Shown here: positions 23,601 through 35,074 of the stretch, in pieces | Position numbering within the stretch: position 1 is the first letter of the stretch | Layout of the letters: every line of letters begins with the position of its first letter | Assembly: GCA_977030845.1 (NCBI GenBank) | Contig: OZ365114.1 | Span: forward strand, 26,350,001 to 26,414,000 | Direction: 5' to 3' | Origin: Fimbriosthenelais zetlandica | Taxonomy: Eukaryota | Length of the DNA stretch: 64,000 bases | The notes under the pieces: generated by a model | Databases searched by the model: none | Seen by the model: the letters and a program-made list of their open reading frames with translations, nothing else | Told to the model about the DNA's origin: nothing | Program-made: the position numbers and the translations under genes

Positions 23601-24919
23601 CACCCACAGGAAATTCCGGTGTAATGGGTGCGAATGGCCATCGAGTATTGCTATCAATGTATTATTCCCACTAGGCCTGTTTGGGTCCAGTATCTTCATC
23701 ACCCACTTTAATGGCCAGCCATTGACGATGCCCCCACACATGACAAACAGCAGTGGGCGGAGTCCCTTCCTCATATTGGATTAGCTGTCATACATTATTT
23801 ATAACTGGATTTCCCATCTTGGCGAGAAGCAAGACAGATTTATGTCCAATAAGTTGGTGTTTTGGGAGCTTTCATAGATAAGCACTGATGCTATGTTCTC
23901 ATTGATTGAAGGTGGGGTTGGAATGGCTGCCGCAATGGGGGGAAACACTAGATCCTATTAGTGTGTTAGGTAACTGGGTTAACATCATACAATCCCATCG
24001 AGTATAATACAAAAACTCAGCTTTGATAAATATTTAAATGTCCGTAAATACATTATTAATCATCCTGGGGATACGCTCCCGAAGAAAGGAGCTGTACATA
24101 AGATCCGAGACTTAACATAAGCTTAACATGTACGGCATGTTAATCATGAATCATTCCCCTGATTAAATAGGCCTATGTGAACAAAATACATCACAACCAA
24201 AGATTTATTTTAAATGACAAAGGAGTCCTTCATCATTTAAATCAATGGCAACTGTGGAGTGAGAATGAAGTGTGAGTGATAAATAGTAGATGTTTATGAT
24301 CATTTTCGCCCGTGTTTTAGTGGACTATATTCAGCGTGGTCCGCGGGTCAGGGTATGGGATGTGGGAAGGTCTCTATATATGACTGTATCAGTTATTCCC
24401 TCCTCTCCATACCTCCTGCTTTAAAGCTTTCTTATATGCGGCCAGTGGCAGGGGAGATTTTCTGTATGGCAATACATTGGGCGCCCGGGCGCAATCGTGG
24501 ATGCGAGTAGTACTCGGAATAAGGCCTATTTATCAGGGGTGGCAAGGTCCCACACTCGCCTCAGATGGTATTCAAGACACAGCCGCTAGGCCGGTGTGTG
24601 AGTAAAGAGTGGTTCTCAGTTACCCGGTGTCCGGGGACATCAAATACCATCTGGTGGAGGCTTATAAATATACCTGGATCCAGGATATGACATGGTAAAC
24701 TGAGGATAGACAGGAGTTGGAAAAATTGATACAATGTTGAAACTTTGAGAAATTGTAAAATTATAGGAACCATCTAAAAGGGCAGAGGGGAGAGGAGCAA
24801 TGCTAGCACCGACGAGGCGAAGAAATAAGAAAGTCCAAGTAAAATCGACCTGACTGCCTTTAGCCTTTGCAGCTGCAGTAGGAAACCCATGAATTATAAA
24901 GAAAGACCTGGCCAAGAGG

Positions 24920-24944
24920 GAGAGAGAGAGCGAGAGAGAGAGAG
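24920..24944. repeat. (GA)n microsatellite, interrupted
   Basis: GAGAGAGAGAGC-GAGAGAGAGAGAG. Confidence 0.8.
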
Positions 24945-27168
24945 GACAGTAGTCAACATTCTATTCTTCCAGGAACCAGCTCAACAAAGTCAAGATACTG
25001 ACCTATATACTTCATCCTCCTTCAAGAAAAAGGGACTTTAAAAAGTCATTTTAATCTTATGAAGGAGTGCACGTGTGGGAGGTGGAGGGGGTGGATTAGC
25101 CTTAAATGACTGTAGAGGGGGAGTGGATGAGGGGCGGGCAACATGGCTGTACACCAGTCTCGGGGGATTAATCAATTAAATGATATTGATTAATGTAATT
25201 TTGGTTACGTGCGAGCGGTGGTGGATGGAGGGTGGGAAGGAAGGTGACGGCGGGATTGATACGGTATGTAAGTCAATCAAGACGATAACTTACTGAGATT
25301 TACCATGTCTTTCACTTGATTAAAGCTCCAATTCACTGGACCAACCACAAACTGTTTACTTCCCTGCACAATTACTCTACAAGCTACAAGATATTGTTGT
25401 CAGCATTGTCAACGATCTTTCAATCAAAGCAGACATGCATGGGTACATCCTTGGTGACTTGGTGCACATAACTCACTCTTATATCTAACCTAGATTTCAT
25501 TAATAAAAGTTGATTTAACTCCTTTCAATTATTTCATTGTAAAATAAATTCAACTTCAATTGACCAAATCTGTGTATTTGCTGCAGGAAGTCTAGATAGA
25601 GCCAACTGAAACCATTAATAGCATCTGTGGAGCTTGGTTCTAGCTCTGTGAGAGGAGAGTATACTGTTGTTTGGGATCTAGTCTTGGTACCCACAGTAGA
25701 TCCAGACCATTCAATCCCCCAGTCCTCTACAAGTGTCAGGCAGTGTGGAATCTCTCGTATATATACCCCTCCTCCTATCTCTCTCCACAGATAGGCCAAC
25801 CAAGCACTGCTGAGCAAACGCAGGCCAATGGCCAGATGTGTCCATCCCGCGTCTACCACTTATAAACTCCCCTGATTAAAGATTCCCAGGGATGTACATT
25901 TCCCTGGTGGACCGTGAGATTCATCCATCACAGCCATGGGAGGCTGAGAGGAGGAGGAGGAGGGAGAGTAGAGGAGGAGGAGAAGCAATGCTGTTTTGTC
26001 CCACTCTCTCCCTCCATACCAGCCAGTCAATACCACGCAGCTGGGTTTTTGAAAAGAAAATTTCTGATGAATGAAACTTTGGATGATGATGAAGGAGGAG
26101 TATGAGGTGGTTGAAATTTAATTTCTCACCCTCGGATATTTCATCAGAGTTTTTGTCACAAATGGATCTCAGTTATGTATCTTTATACGATTACTGGTAT
26201 TTTGAATGTAATGGTTTTAAATATTCTCTCAGCCAGAAATGAATCAACCAACCATGGAAGTCTTAAAATATTTGGTCAAAAGGATGCTCGTGGGAGAGCA
26301 TTTAATTGCCTGGGGTCTCACACAAATGAAGAGACCTACAAGACGAAGGGGAAGGATACTTGTTGCTTGGTTCGCATTTTGCAAGATGGGAACAAAAAAG
26401 GGGCAGCATTCCTTTTGAATGGTAATCGGTATGAATTAAATATTCTCTCCAACAAGAAGGTGGGGGAAAAGAAGAATAAAGCTTAATTATGGATGGCAAA
26501 GAAACATGTAATTTGTTTTGTCATGGCGGGTTCGGGGGCAGGTATAAAAAGGAAAGGGAAGAAACATCACTGGGCTTGAAAGGCCCTTTTTACATAGGTA
26601 ATTGGCTGGTGGAGCTTTTTGGTGGACTGTTTTTGTTGATTTGCTCTTTTAGGCTGTTTGGATTTTAGCTGGAGGCAGTTGGCCTCGGGAGTGGCGGGGA
26701 TAGGCGTGGGAGGAAGAGCAGCGAGAAGGGGTTTGAGTAGAGTGAAGGATGGAAGGGAAGATCGAGAGAGGACACGAGGGACACTCGAGGAACTGGGTCA
26801 GAAGGAAGAGAATGGAGAGATGAAGAGATAGAAAGGGATCAGAACTAGAGGTCGGCAAGAAATGGCCAGGTTGCACGAAGAGGGATAGAGTTGAGAATGG
26901 AAGATAGACAGATTGTGATAGTAGGGAAGAGAGTATGAAAGTTGAGGGTAAGGAGGGAGGGAATGGTCAACTGGACAGTAAGTAAGATGGAGCTGAAAGG
27001 AGTGAGGAGTGAGGATGGAGTGGCCAAAGTGGGAGGGAGTGAGGAGGCCTAAAGGAAGAGCACCCACTATCGATGGCATCTACTGACGTGTGGAGTAGAC
27101 ATCATGTGATTGATAACGCGAGAAAACACGAGATATAATGAATTGAGTGGAGGACGATTCATGAGGAC

Positions 27169-27210
27169 GTTACCATGGTAACAACCATTGTTGTCAGGTT
27201 CCATGGTAAC
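27169..27210. promoter_or_regulatory. Paired RFX X-box motifs flanking a SOX-type site
   Basis: Perfect palindrome GTTACCATGGTAAC at 27169-27182, CATTGTT at 27186-27192 and GTTCCATGGTAAC at 27198-27210. Confidence 0.55.
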
Positions 27211-27529
27211 TGAGAGGTCACTCCTGCCCCATCCAGGCTAGAGATAACACCCTTAATGTATGTAGATGAAAAAGGCACAAGTTTCCCCCCACCGGACCAT
27301 TGCAAATATCAGAATCATCATGATTGGTCGCCTTTTTGCTTCCTTCCCTTGCTCCCCGGGGTCATACTCATGTTGAATCCTTTGCCAATCTATTTCTTTA
27401 CCTATAGGGCTTATAATATACTCGAATATTATCTGTAGAACATGGACAAGGGGGTGTAGTATAATAAAATGAGAGCCATACCGGGAGAAAGATTGACGCT
27501 TGATAAATTAGCAGGAGGAAGAATGGCGA

Positions 27530-27665
27530 TATAGAGATAAGAGAATGACAATGGAGAAGGAAGGTCTGAAGTGAGGCAGAGACAGAAGCAGAGAAAGGAG
27601 AGAAAGGAAAGAGAGATAGAGATACAGAGAGATAGATACAGAGAGATAGAGACAGAGAGAGACTG
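27530..27665. repeat. GA/GATAGA/GACAGA low-complexity purine tract
   Basis: Repeated AGAGATAGA, AGATACAG and AGACAGAG words. Confidence 0.8.
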
Positions 27666-29220
27666 ATACACAAGGATCTTATAGCAGAAATGGAACGTGC
27701 TGCAAAATGAAGGCAAAACATTATAGAATAGAATTCTCGAGTACCTGACAAGCTAGTGTATAAGCAACAGAGTACCATGTTCTTTGTCAGAAGATGTTTG
27801 AATAAGTTACACTCACACGAAGGGAACTGCTTCAACAAATTGCAGGAAATAAATAAGAAGATTAAATATTAAACACTAAATACGAGAATCGGAGTAAGGG
27901 AGGTAAGGATTGTCAATCTGTCCAGTGTATACAATCCCCCCTATGGCTCAGATCCTATCAACTCACCCTGAAATATTCATTCGCAGAGAGGAGATAACCC
28001 TAGACATCCAATTCTGCTTTCTCCTCTTGCTTTCCGACTATCTATTGACTTTCTTTTTTCTGCAATAGTGGATCATCTATCAATTCTTTTCCATCCTTTC
28101 ATTCTCTTCATCAACGTCCTTTCCAGATTATTTAAAGCCTATTCTCTAGTGTTGCTGCCTTCCCCATCACATTTTCATTCTCTTTCCATACCATTGACCC
28201 TCTAGTCGTAACTGGGGTCAGAGATACTACTCAATGATACAATAACCCAGTAGCTAAAAATAACCTTGTCATAATCAATCCTCTAAGGTTGCGAACCAGT
28301 AACCCATACTTCCCTTCCCACTAAAACAATAACCACCCAACCCATTACTCATTCTTCCCCTTACGCACGCTTATATTACTAAATATTGAGGCAACCCACT
28401 TCTCATCCACCCACCCCTTACACATCCCATCCTCCCACCCAATGCCCTAACATTCAGAGGTCGCTGCTAGCCTAGGGCCCTGTCTATAAGGGCCCGGGAA
28501 ATGACCTTGGGTGATTAGGACACCCTTTGATTACCCTTTCCCCTGATCTTTCCAACTTAGCTGGTCTTTGAGAGGGTCTTGTTGTGATGGATAGCGTGTC
28601 TGAAGGTCTAATGTACTGGAAAAGACTGGCCCTGACCCCTCCAGATCATTGTACTTGCTTTCCCTTAACATCTCTTTCTCATATCAGTGCTTGGGGTATT
28701 TGAACTTAAAAGCCCCTTTTATGGAGTAAAGAAATAAACTTTCTCTACTCACTTGACCTGCCCCTGGCAAGCTGCCTTATTTTTTTTTTTAAATCTGTTT
28801 TGATGTACGAGTTAAAAAGCTCTCCGGCAGCGGGGACATTTGTTTTAAGTGCAACAAATAAAGAAGTTTAAATAGTTGTTTTGAACGCAACCACTTGACA
28901 GGACTGGACGACAGGAAGTGACGGGCAGAAAACGTATGCAACAGACATAACATGTTTTCCCTCATAAAAAAACATTTCCCATTTTGAAACTTTGCATTCG
29001 ATAAAAGACAAAAAATGTTGAAAAAATTCAAGAGGCATTTTGACCACAATAAAATGACATTTACAATGTGGAAGTGACATCACCCATCTCTATTTTCTTG
29101 TCAAAACTGGCGCTCCCTGATGTTACAGATCGTTCAGCATTGGGACTATCTATATTCAATCCTATATCCAAGATGATACTAGAGGTATCCCCTCTCTATA
29201 CTATATATCACACCAAAGGC

Positions 29221-29349
29221 AATCCCTGCAGTGTGGGTGAGTTAGAACCTCGCCAGTTAAATCAATCCCTGCAGTGTGGGTGAGTTAGAACCTCGCCAGT
29301 TAAATCAATCCCTGCAGTGTGGGTGAGTTAGAACCTCGCCAGTTAAATC
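29221..29349. repeat. Perfect 43-bp tandem repeat x3
   Basis: AATCCCTGCAGTGTGGGTGAGTTAGAACCTCGCCAGTTAAATC at 29221, 29264 and 29307. The copies are identical and have no spacers. Confidence 0.97.
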
Positions 29350-29870
29350 ATTTAGTGTGGACCTCATGTTTTATTATAGCTAAGTTAGATGGTCGGGGGG
29401 AGGAGGAGAGTTTATCTATAGTGAGGGAGATGATGGGGGAGGACGGCATGGTTTATGTATGACAGCCGGACGTGCGGCCTGCTAGCCCCGTTATATCCAG
29501 GATTACTCTTACACCTTCTCCTCTACGTCTCCTTAATCAAATAAGGAGGCCGTATATACCCCGGCCGTATTACATGTCAACCACCATTCATGTAACCAAC
29601 ATGGCCGCCTTCTCCTCCACCAACCTTCTTCTTTCTTAATTTTATCCTTCCTCATTATACTCCGGGAACATCCATTTGACATAAAGGTATCCGTCATGTT
29701 ATGCGTTTTATTTCTGAGGGCAATGCATCTGATACACATTTCACTCCCCTATACTGCTTCCCTTGGGTTCTTCCCCAGCTCTTCCCTCCGCAACCCCCAA
29801 ACCATCCTCCTAATGCTTGAAGTCCTTCCTATAATTTCAACGGCAGTAGAATTCCCCCATGTCCCTAGCA

Positions 29871-29951
29871 CCCCCGCCTGTCCCCTACCCCCACCCACCC
29901 CACCCCACCTGTCCCCTACCCCCACCCCCCCCCCCCCCCATCCCCTGTCCC
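29871..29951 (-). other. C-rich tract (G-quadruplex-compatible on minus) with an internal 20-bp direct repeat
   Basis: Many C3+ runs with 1-4 nt loops. CCTGTCCCCTACCCCCACCC occurs at 29877 and 29908. Confidence 0.75.
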
Positions 29952-32361
29952 TGGGAGCACCTCTCGTAGCTGGGCTATCTGTGACACCCTCACCAGCCAT
30001 ACCATCAGATTCATCAAGACAGGCGTTCATATTTCATGACACAAGCGTCACTGTCAACTTATCCTTCCAGGCCATGCTGACCTCTCTCCTATTTGGAGAG
30101 GAGGGCGAGGAGAGAGAGGAGGAGGTGGTGCTAGAGGTGGGGGCATCAACCTTGTTTACCTTTCTACATGCATTGGTGGTTACATGTTATGGGAAATATT
30201 AAAGGTAGAGAATATGCCGAAAGGAATGCAGAGGTGCGACAAGGCAGGTCTTCACAAAGAAAGCTTTTTAGTGGAAATATACCCATCCGGTGGTCGAACT
30301 TTGAAAAGGTTTGGAGGAGGAAAACAAAACTGGAAGTGAAGAGTAAAGAAATGGAAGGAAATGAATAAGAGAAGCAGTAGGTAAAGACAGACAAAATGCT
30401 GGAGGAGCCATCCTTTGATTGGATCAAAGGTTGTGGACAGGTCAAAGCTGATGGCCCTTGACCTGAGCTTAGCTACGACTGAGCATCAAGTGTCCAACTC
30501 TAGCCTCCAGCCCACAGCGGTTAGTCCCTTACCAAGCCATCCTAACCAAGCATTGTGTAGCTCCTATATAGTAATGGCCACCCAATGGTGCAGATGTGCA
30601 GTGAATAAAAGGATTAGATGCAGTGAGTGGCGGATATAAGTAGCTTTATATTGCTTGCCCATGTCAGCTCATACTCTTTGTATGCAGAGTGAAAAAGAGA
30701 CAAGGAGGATGAGGGGCCATCACTATAGCAGCAGTAGGCAGGCGATAGGTTTTATATCCATCTGTTCCCCTGATTAAGTAGACAGCCGCGCTAGTTGATT
30801 TGCAATAGAAACAAAAGGGATTTACCGCGGAATTGAGAGGATGTGGTTCTCAAGCAATCAAGATTAGAATCAGATATATAGGAGATAAACAAAGAAACGC
30901 TTATTTTCAATAAAAGAGAGCCTTGCTATCTCAGCCGAGTTCAAGCATTTCAGTGGCGAATCTTGTCAGTGCTCCTGCAAACGTTTAGTTTGGGTTTGAT
31001 TTATTTGATTGAGGTGGAGGGATTTGTTACTCACTCAAAGCAAGTCATAATGAATGCTGACAAGAATGCGTGTTTGGCTGAAACCCTAATGGTCCCCTGA
31101 AGCACTGAGTCCATGACATTTGATAGTGGGAATAGAACTGGAGAAGAGCAGGCGGAAAGTGAGCGAGGATTGCTCCAATCTCTACACCATATATAGGTCA
31201 AATTATCATAATCCCTGGATGGCCACTAAATCAAATATTGCCCATGGATGTATTCTAAGCTAGATCTGATGCACCTGGATAAGTTATAGAGCATGGTTAG
31301 CCACAATGCCCCAATACTATGCAGTTCAGTGGCCCTTAAATTATCAAAAGATAGAAGTCCGATTCACAAATATAGTGCAATGGACAAAACAATGAATTGT
31401 TTCCCTATGTTTTTATCATTCGCCAACTCTATATCATATGATGCCCTCTTCACTAATAGTTGTCCTATGTAGTCAATAGAAAAACATTTGTGAATTGAAC
31501 AGCAATGCACAGTACACAGAATGGTTTCCCTGATTTCATTTTTTCTTTAAAAAGTGTCCACCTCTGAACATTGGACTATGAGTAATCTGTTTCGGGTCAC
31601 GCTTCAAATTCAATACACTGAGAGTATGAGTGGTGAGAGAAAGAAAAAAACAGGGTTGGCCATACTCCATTGTCTTCCAGGCCCAATGAACATGCTGGTT
31701 TAAATCAGGCTTTGAGTCGGTGGGGAAGTGCTCAGATGGCTGAGAGGCTGTATGGAGCAGCTCCTAATGGTGATGGATGGGTGGGGCTGAGCGGCGGGCG
31801 GGCGGGGTGGCGGACCAAGCAGCGGCTCGGCCACTACACCATACTCCCCAGTCCTATACCTGAGCGTTTGACGGGTGTAGGGAGGCTATAGGGATTGGTC
31901 TATAGGTTATTGAACTGAAAGACTGCATGCATACCGCCAGACTGCCCAGTATTACTTGTATCTTGTATGCCAAGCTAGAGAGACCTTCTTTGCTGAAAGG
32001 AAAAAAAACAGGCAGTCAGAGAATAATGCTGCTTCTTTATTCACCTAAAGTGATGGCTCTTAGCATGATTTGAGATCGCTTAAAATGCTGCAAGCTGGAC
32101 AATTGAATTACACAGGTCTACCCAGGCACGTGGTTACAACAGTGTGCATTTCATTGCCATCTAGAAGGCAGTACGTACATCGCATTTGTTTGCATTAAAT
32201 TAACTTTTAAGAAATGGGCTTCAGGTTTCAATGTTACAATTCATTCAACATTGTCAACGTCCTTGATAAAACCTTTGATTGCTCTGGGATTTCTTCCCAA
32301 TGTTTTTCAACAAATTATGAGTTTTCCATGAGATTAATTCTGGTGTGATGCATGGAGATGT

Positions 32362-32415
32362 AGAATTTACGGGAATGTGGCAGAATTTACGGGAATGTGG
32401 CAGAATTTACGGGAA
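32362..32415. repeat. 20-bp tandem repeat x2.7
   Basis: AGAATTTACGGGAATGTGGC twice plus a 14-nt partial copy. Confidence 0.92.
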
Positions 32416-34712
32416 AGTAACATTTTCAAGGAAGGTTCAGGAACTTTTCTCTCAAAAGGGCGAAAATGTTGTCATTTAAAGCTGACACTTTGGTGGTGAT
32501 GATGTAGGAGGATGGGGAGGACTATCTATGGTTTAAGATGATGGTACTGTACCCAGTGTACTTGTAGTTGGAGGGTAATTACCCTGCTCTAAGACAGAGT
32601 GTTGTACCACCATACCCTACCCCCCTGGGAGGGTTATAAGAAAGCAGCCTCAAGGTTTAACATTCAGGTGTGAATGGCTGTGATTAGCCTGTTTGTCACC
32701 CGCATAGAAAGCAGGTGTGAGAGGAGAGACAGGCGGGCTTAGCTGCTGCCAGCCCAAGGCCCGGGGTGCCCAGCAAATGCATGAGTTGAAGCTATAATCT
32801 CAACTATAAGTAAGGTCACTGTGTCTTTAATGTTGGCAATATTTTTCTAGCTCACTCCATTGCTTCTAATAATCACTAGAATGACTCAGTGGAATATGGG
32901 TAGGGATGGATAAAGTTGTTGATTAAGTCTAAATTATGTTAAATTATGCATTTCTTGAAGATGCAAATTACATGCAGTTGTCTATTGGTGCGTTGGATGA
33001 AAAAGGGTTAGCATCTAAGATTTTTCACAATTTTAATGACATGAAACTAACAAAAAAAAAAAATAAAAAATGCAGAATGCACACGTTTGTAGATTTGTTT
33101 TAGGTTTAGAGAGGGGGAGAGCTGAGGGTTAAAAAATATGTCATTAGAATGTTAACATGAAGGAAAGTATGAGAGGGAAAAGTAGGAGAGGACAAAAACT
33201 GAGTTATAGAATTGAAGGTAAGGAGGTGGGTGGAGGTAGAAGTGTAAGACAGAAAAGAAGAGATCTAAGAGAAAGAAGTAGAGAAAGAAAAAAAGAGAAG
33301 GAGAGTAGAAATAGGCCTGGGTGGCATGGATTGCCTGACTCACGGACGCTGTGTCAGCGGGCTGGGCGGCCATTGTCCTGCATGATAAAAGCGGAGATTA
33401 TGGCTTTTCTTCCCACCTCACAGCCAACATAGCAGCAGGCCTTCTCCCACCTAGCAACAACATTGCTGCTGCCAATGCAAACATCTTCATCCCCTCAGAC
33501 CTCCCTTCTCTCCTCCTTCCCCTTCGCATTCATCAGCCTCTATTCTAGCCTTCCCCACACATTTATTCTCCCCTTTCTCACCGGTCTAAGCTATACAGAA
33601 TTATAAATACAATCCACCAAGACGAGGACAACAAACCAGCTCCTAACTCCGACCAGGCCTGGGCTCAATGGTCGGTTTGTCCTACATGCATCCCACACCA
33701 GGCCTAGATGAATGCATGAAAGTGGGATAGATGGAGAAGGCATTGGGCACAGAAATGGCCAGAGAAGAGAGTGAACAGCGAGTAATCAAAAGGTAGGAGA
33801 AACAGGTTAAAATATGCTAAAAAATATTAATGGACCTTTTTGCAATTCGCACTCAGCAACAGCAATGCTCGTTTTAATAGCTTAAAAAACTGCAAGGATC
33901 TCATATAAATAGTTGTATGCAGCAGGGCCTCAGCAACCTGGGAGATTCCATGTCATTTCCATCCATATATGACCAGAATTTTCACATGTGGCAAATTCAA
34001 TACATAGGAATGATACATGAGGAGTAGCGGCATAAGTGATAAAGACCATGGGTGCACCTCCCCCTCACCTTCCTCCTCCTTTTTCTCCTCATGTCCATCC
34101 TCCAGGGTCTCTCCATGGCATACCAATCACCTTGGAGGAGGTGCTGGAGGGGGGTGGACACTGGAATCAGGTCAAAGCTACAAGGGAACCAACTGCTACT
34201 GAGAGATACACTTCTATAGAGAGACATCCCAGTGGTTAACCATTTCATTTTATTTCATAAGCTGATTTTGGTCCACAAAAACAAGGATATCCGGCAGCGT
34301 CAGGTCATTCAAAGAGATCATAGAAAGTTATTTTAAATACTAAAGATTCAATTCAAATGAAAACCATCTGCCGAATCGATGCCCAAAGCGGATGAATAAT
34401 TTTAGTGAATTCAATCAATTTACAGAAGAATGTGTGCCTCCCTTAAGGTCGGAGGTCAACGGCGACATTCACAGGGGGTTCTGATTGAAATTTTTGCAAT
34501 CCCTTCATCATTTGAAACAAAGCCCTTCATCGGAGACCAAATTCATTCCAATTTCCAATAGCGCGGGATTCTGGAGCGGACGTATTCTCCTCAGAGGCAT
34601 TGTCCTTTCATTTTGTTAAAGTGTTGTTCTTTGCTTGGACAGCGAGAGAGGCAATTGAGCCACTCTGCTCTATTTCCTGTGAGGTGCCCTTCTTTGCAGC
34701 CATTCTCTCACT

Positions 34713-34753
34713 CCCCACCCACCCCCTCCCACCCTCCCTCCCACTCCGCCCAC
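34713..34753 (-). other. Canonical G4-type motif on minus strand
   Basis: The + strand reads CCCCACCCACCCCCTCCCACCCTCCCTCCC: at least six C3+ runs with 1-nt loops. Confidence 0.7.
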
Positions 34754-34954
34754 CTTAAAACCCCCCATTCTACTCAATGCCTCCGTTAAAGGTTAATTTC
34801 AGGGAAGCACGCAAAGAGGACGTCCGGTCAAAATAATGGCTATGTGGTCGTTGCATCACCTCCGCCCAGAGGAAAACTTCACACTTGTCTTAACAGTGAT
34901 TACAATCTATAACCTAGATGCTTTTCTGCAAGTAGTCACACAACAACTGTAATG

Positions 34955-35074
34955 TACTCTTAAAACATATTAGGCAAAGTAAAGATACTCTTAAACATTT
35001 AAGGCAAGGCAAAAATACTCTTGAACAATCATGTATGGCTAGGCAAAGATGTTCTTAAAACATGTAAGGCAAGG
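34955..35074. repeat. Degenerate 30-34 bp tandem repeat x4
   Basis: TACTCTTAAAACAT...AGGCAA-type units start at 34955, 34986, 35016 and 35050. Confidence 0.8.

Noticed and set aside
24481-24684. 12-bp palindromes GCGCCCGGGCGC and CCTGGATCCAGG
   Set aside because: About 15 perfect 12-bp palindromes are expected in 64 kb of random sequence.
29221-29349. CRISPR array interpretation of the 43-bp repeats
   Set aside because: The repeats are directly adjacent with no spacers, there are no cas genes, and the context is eukaryotic.
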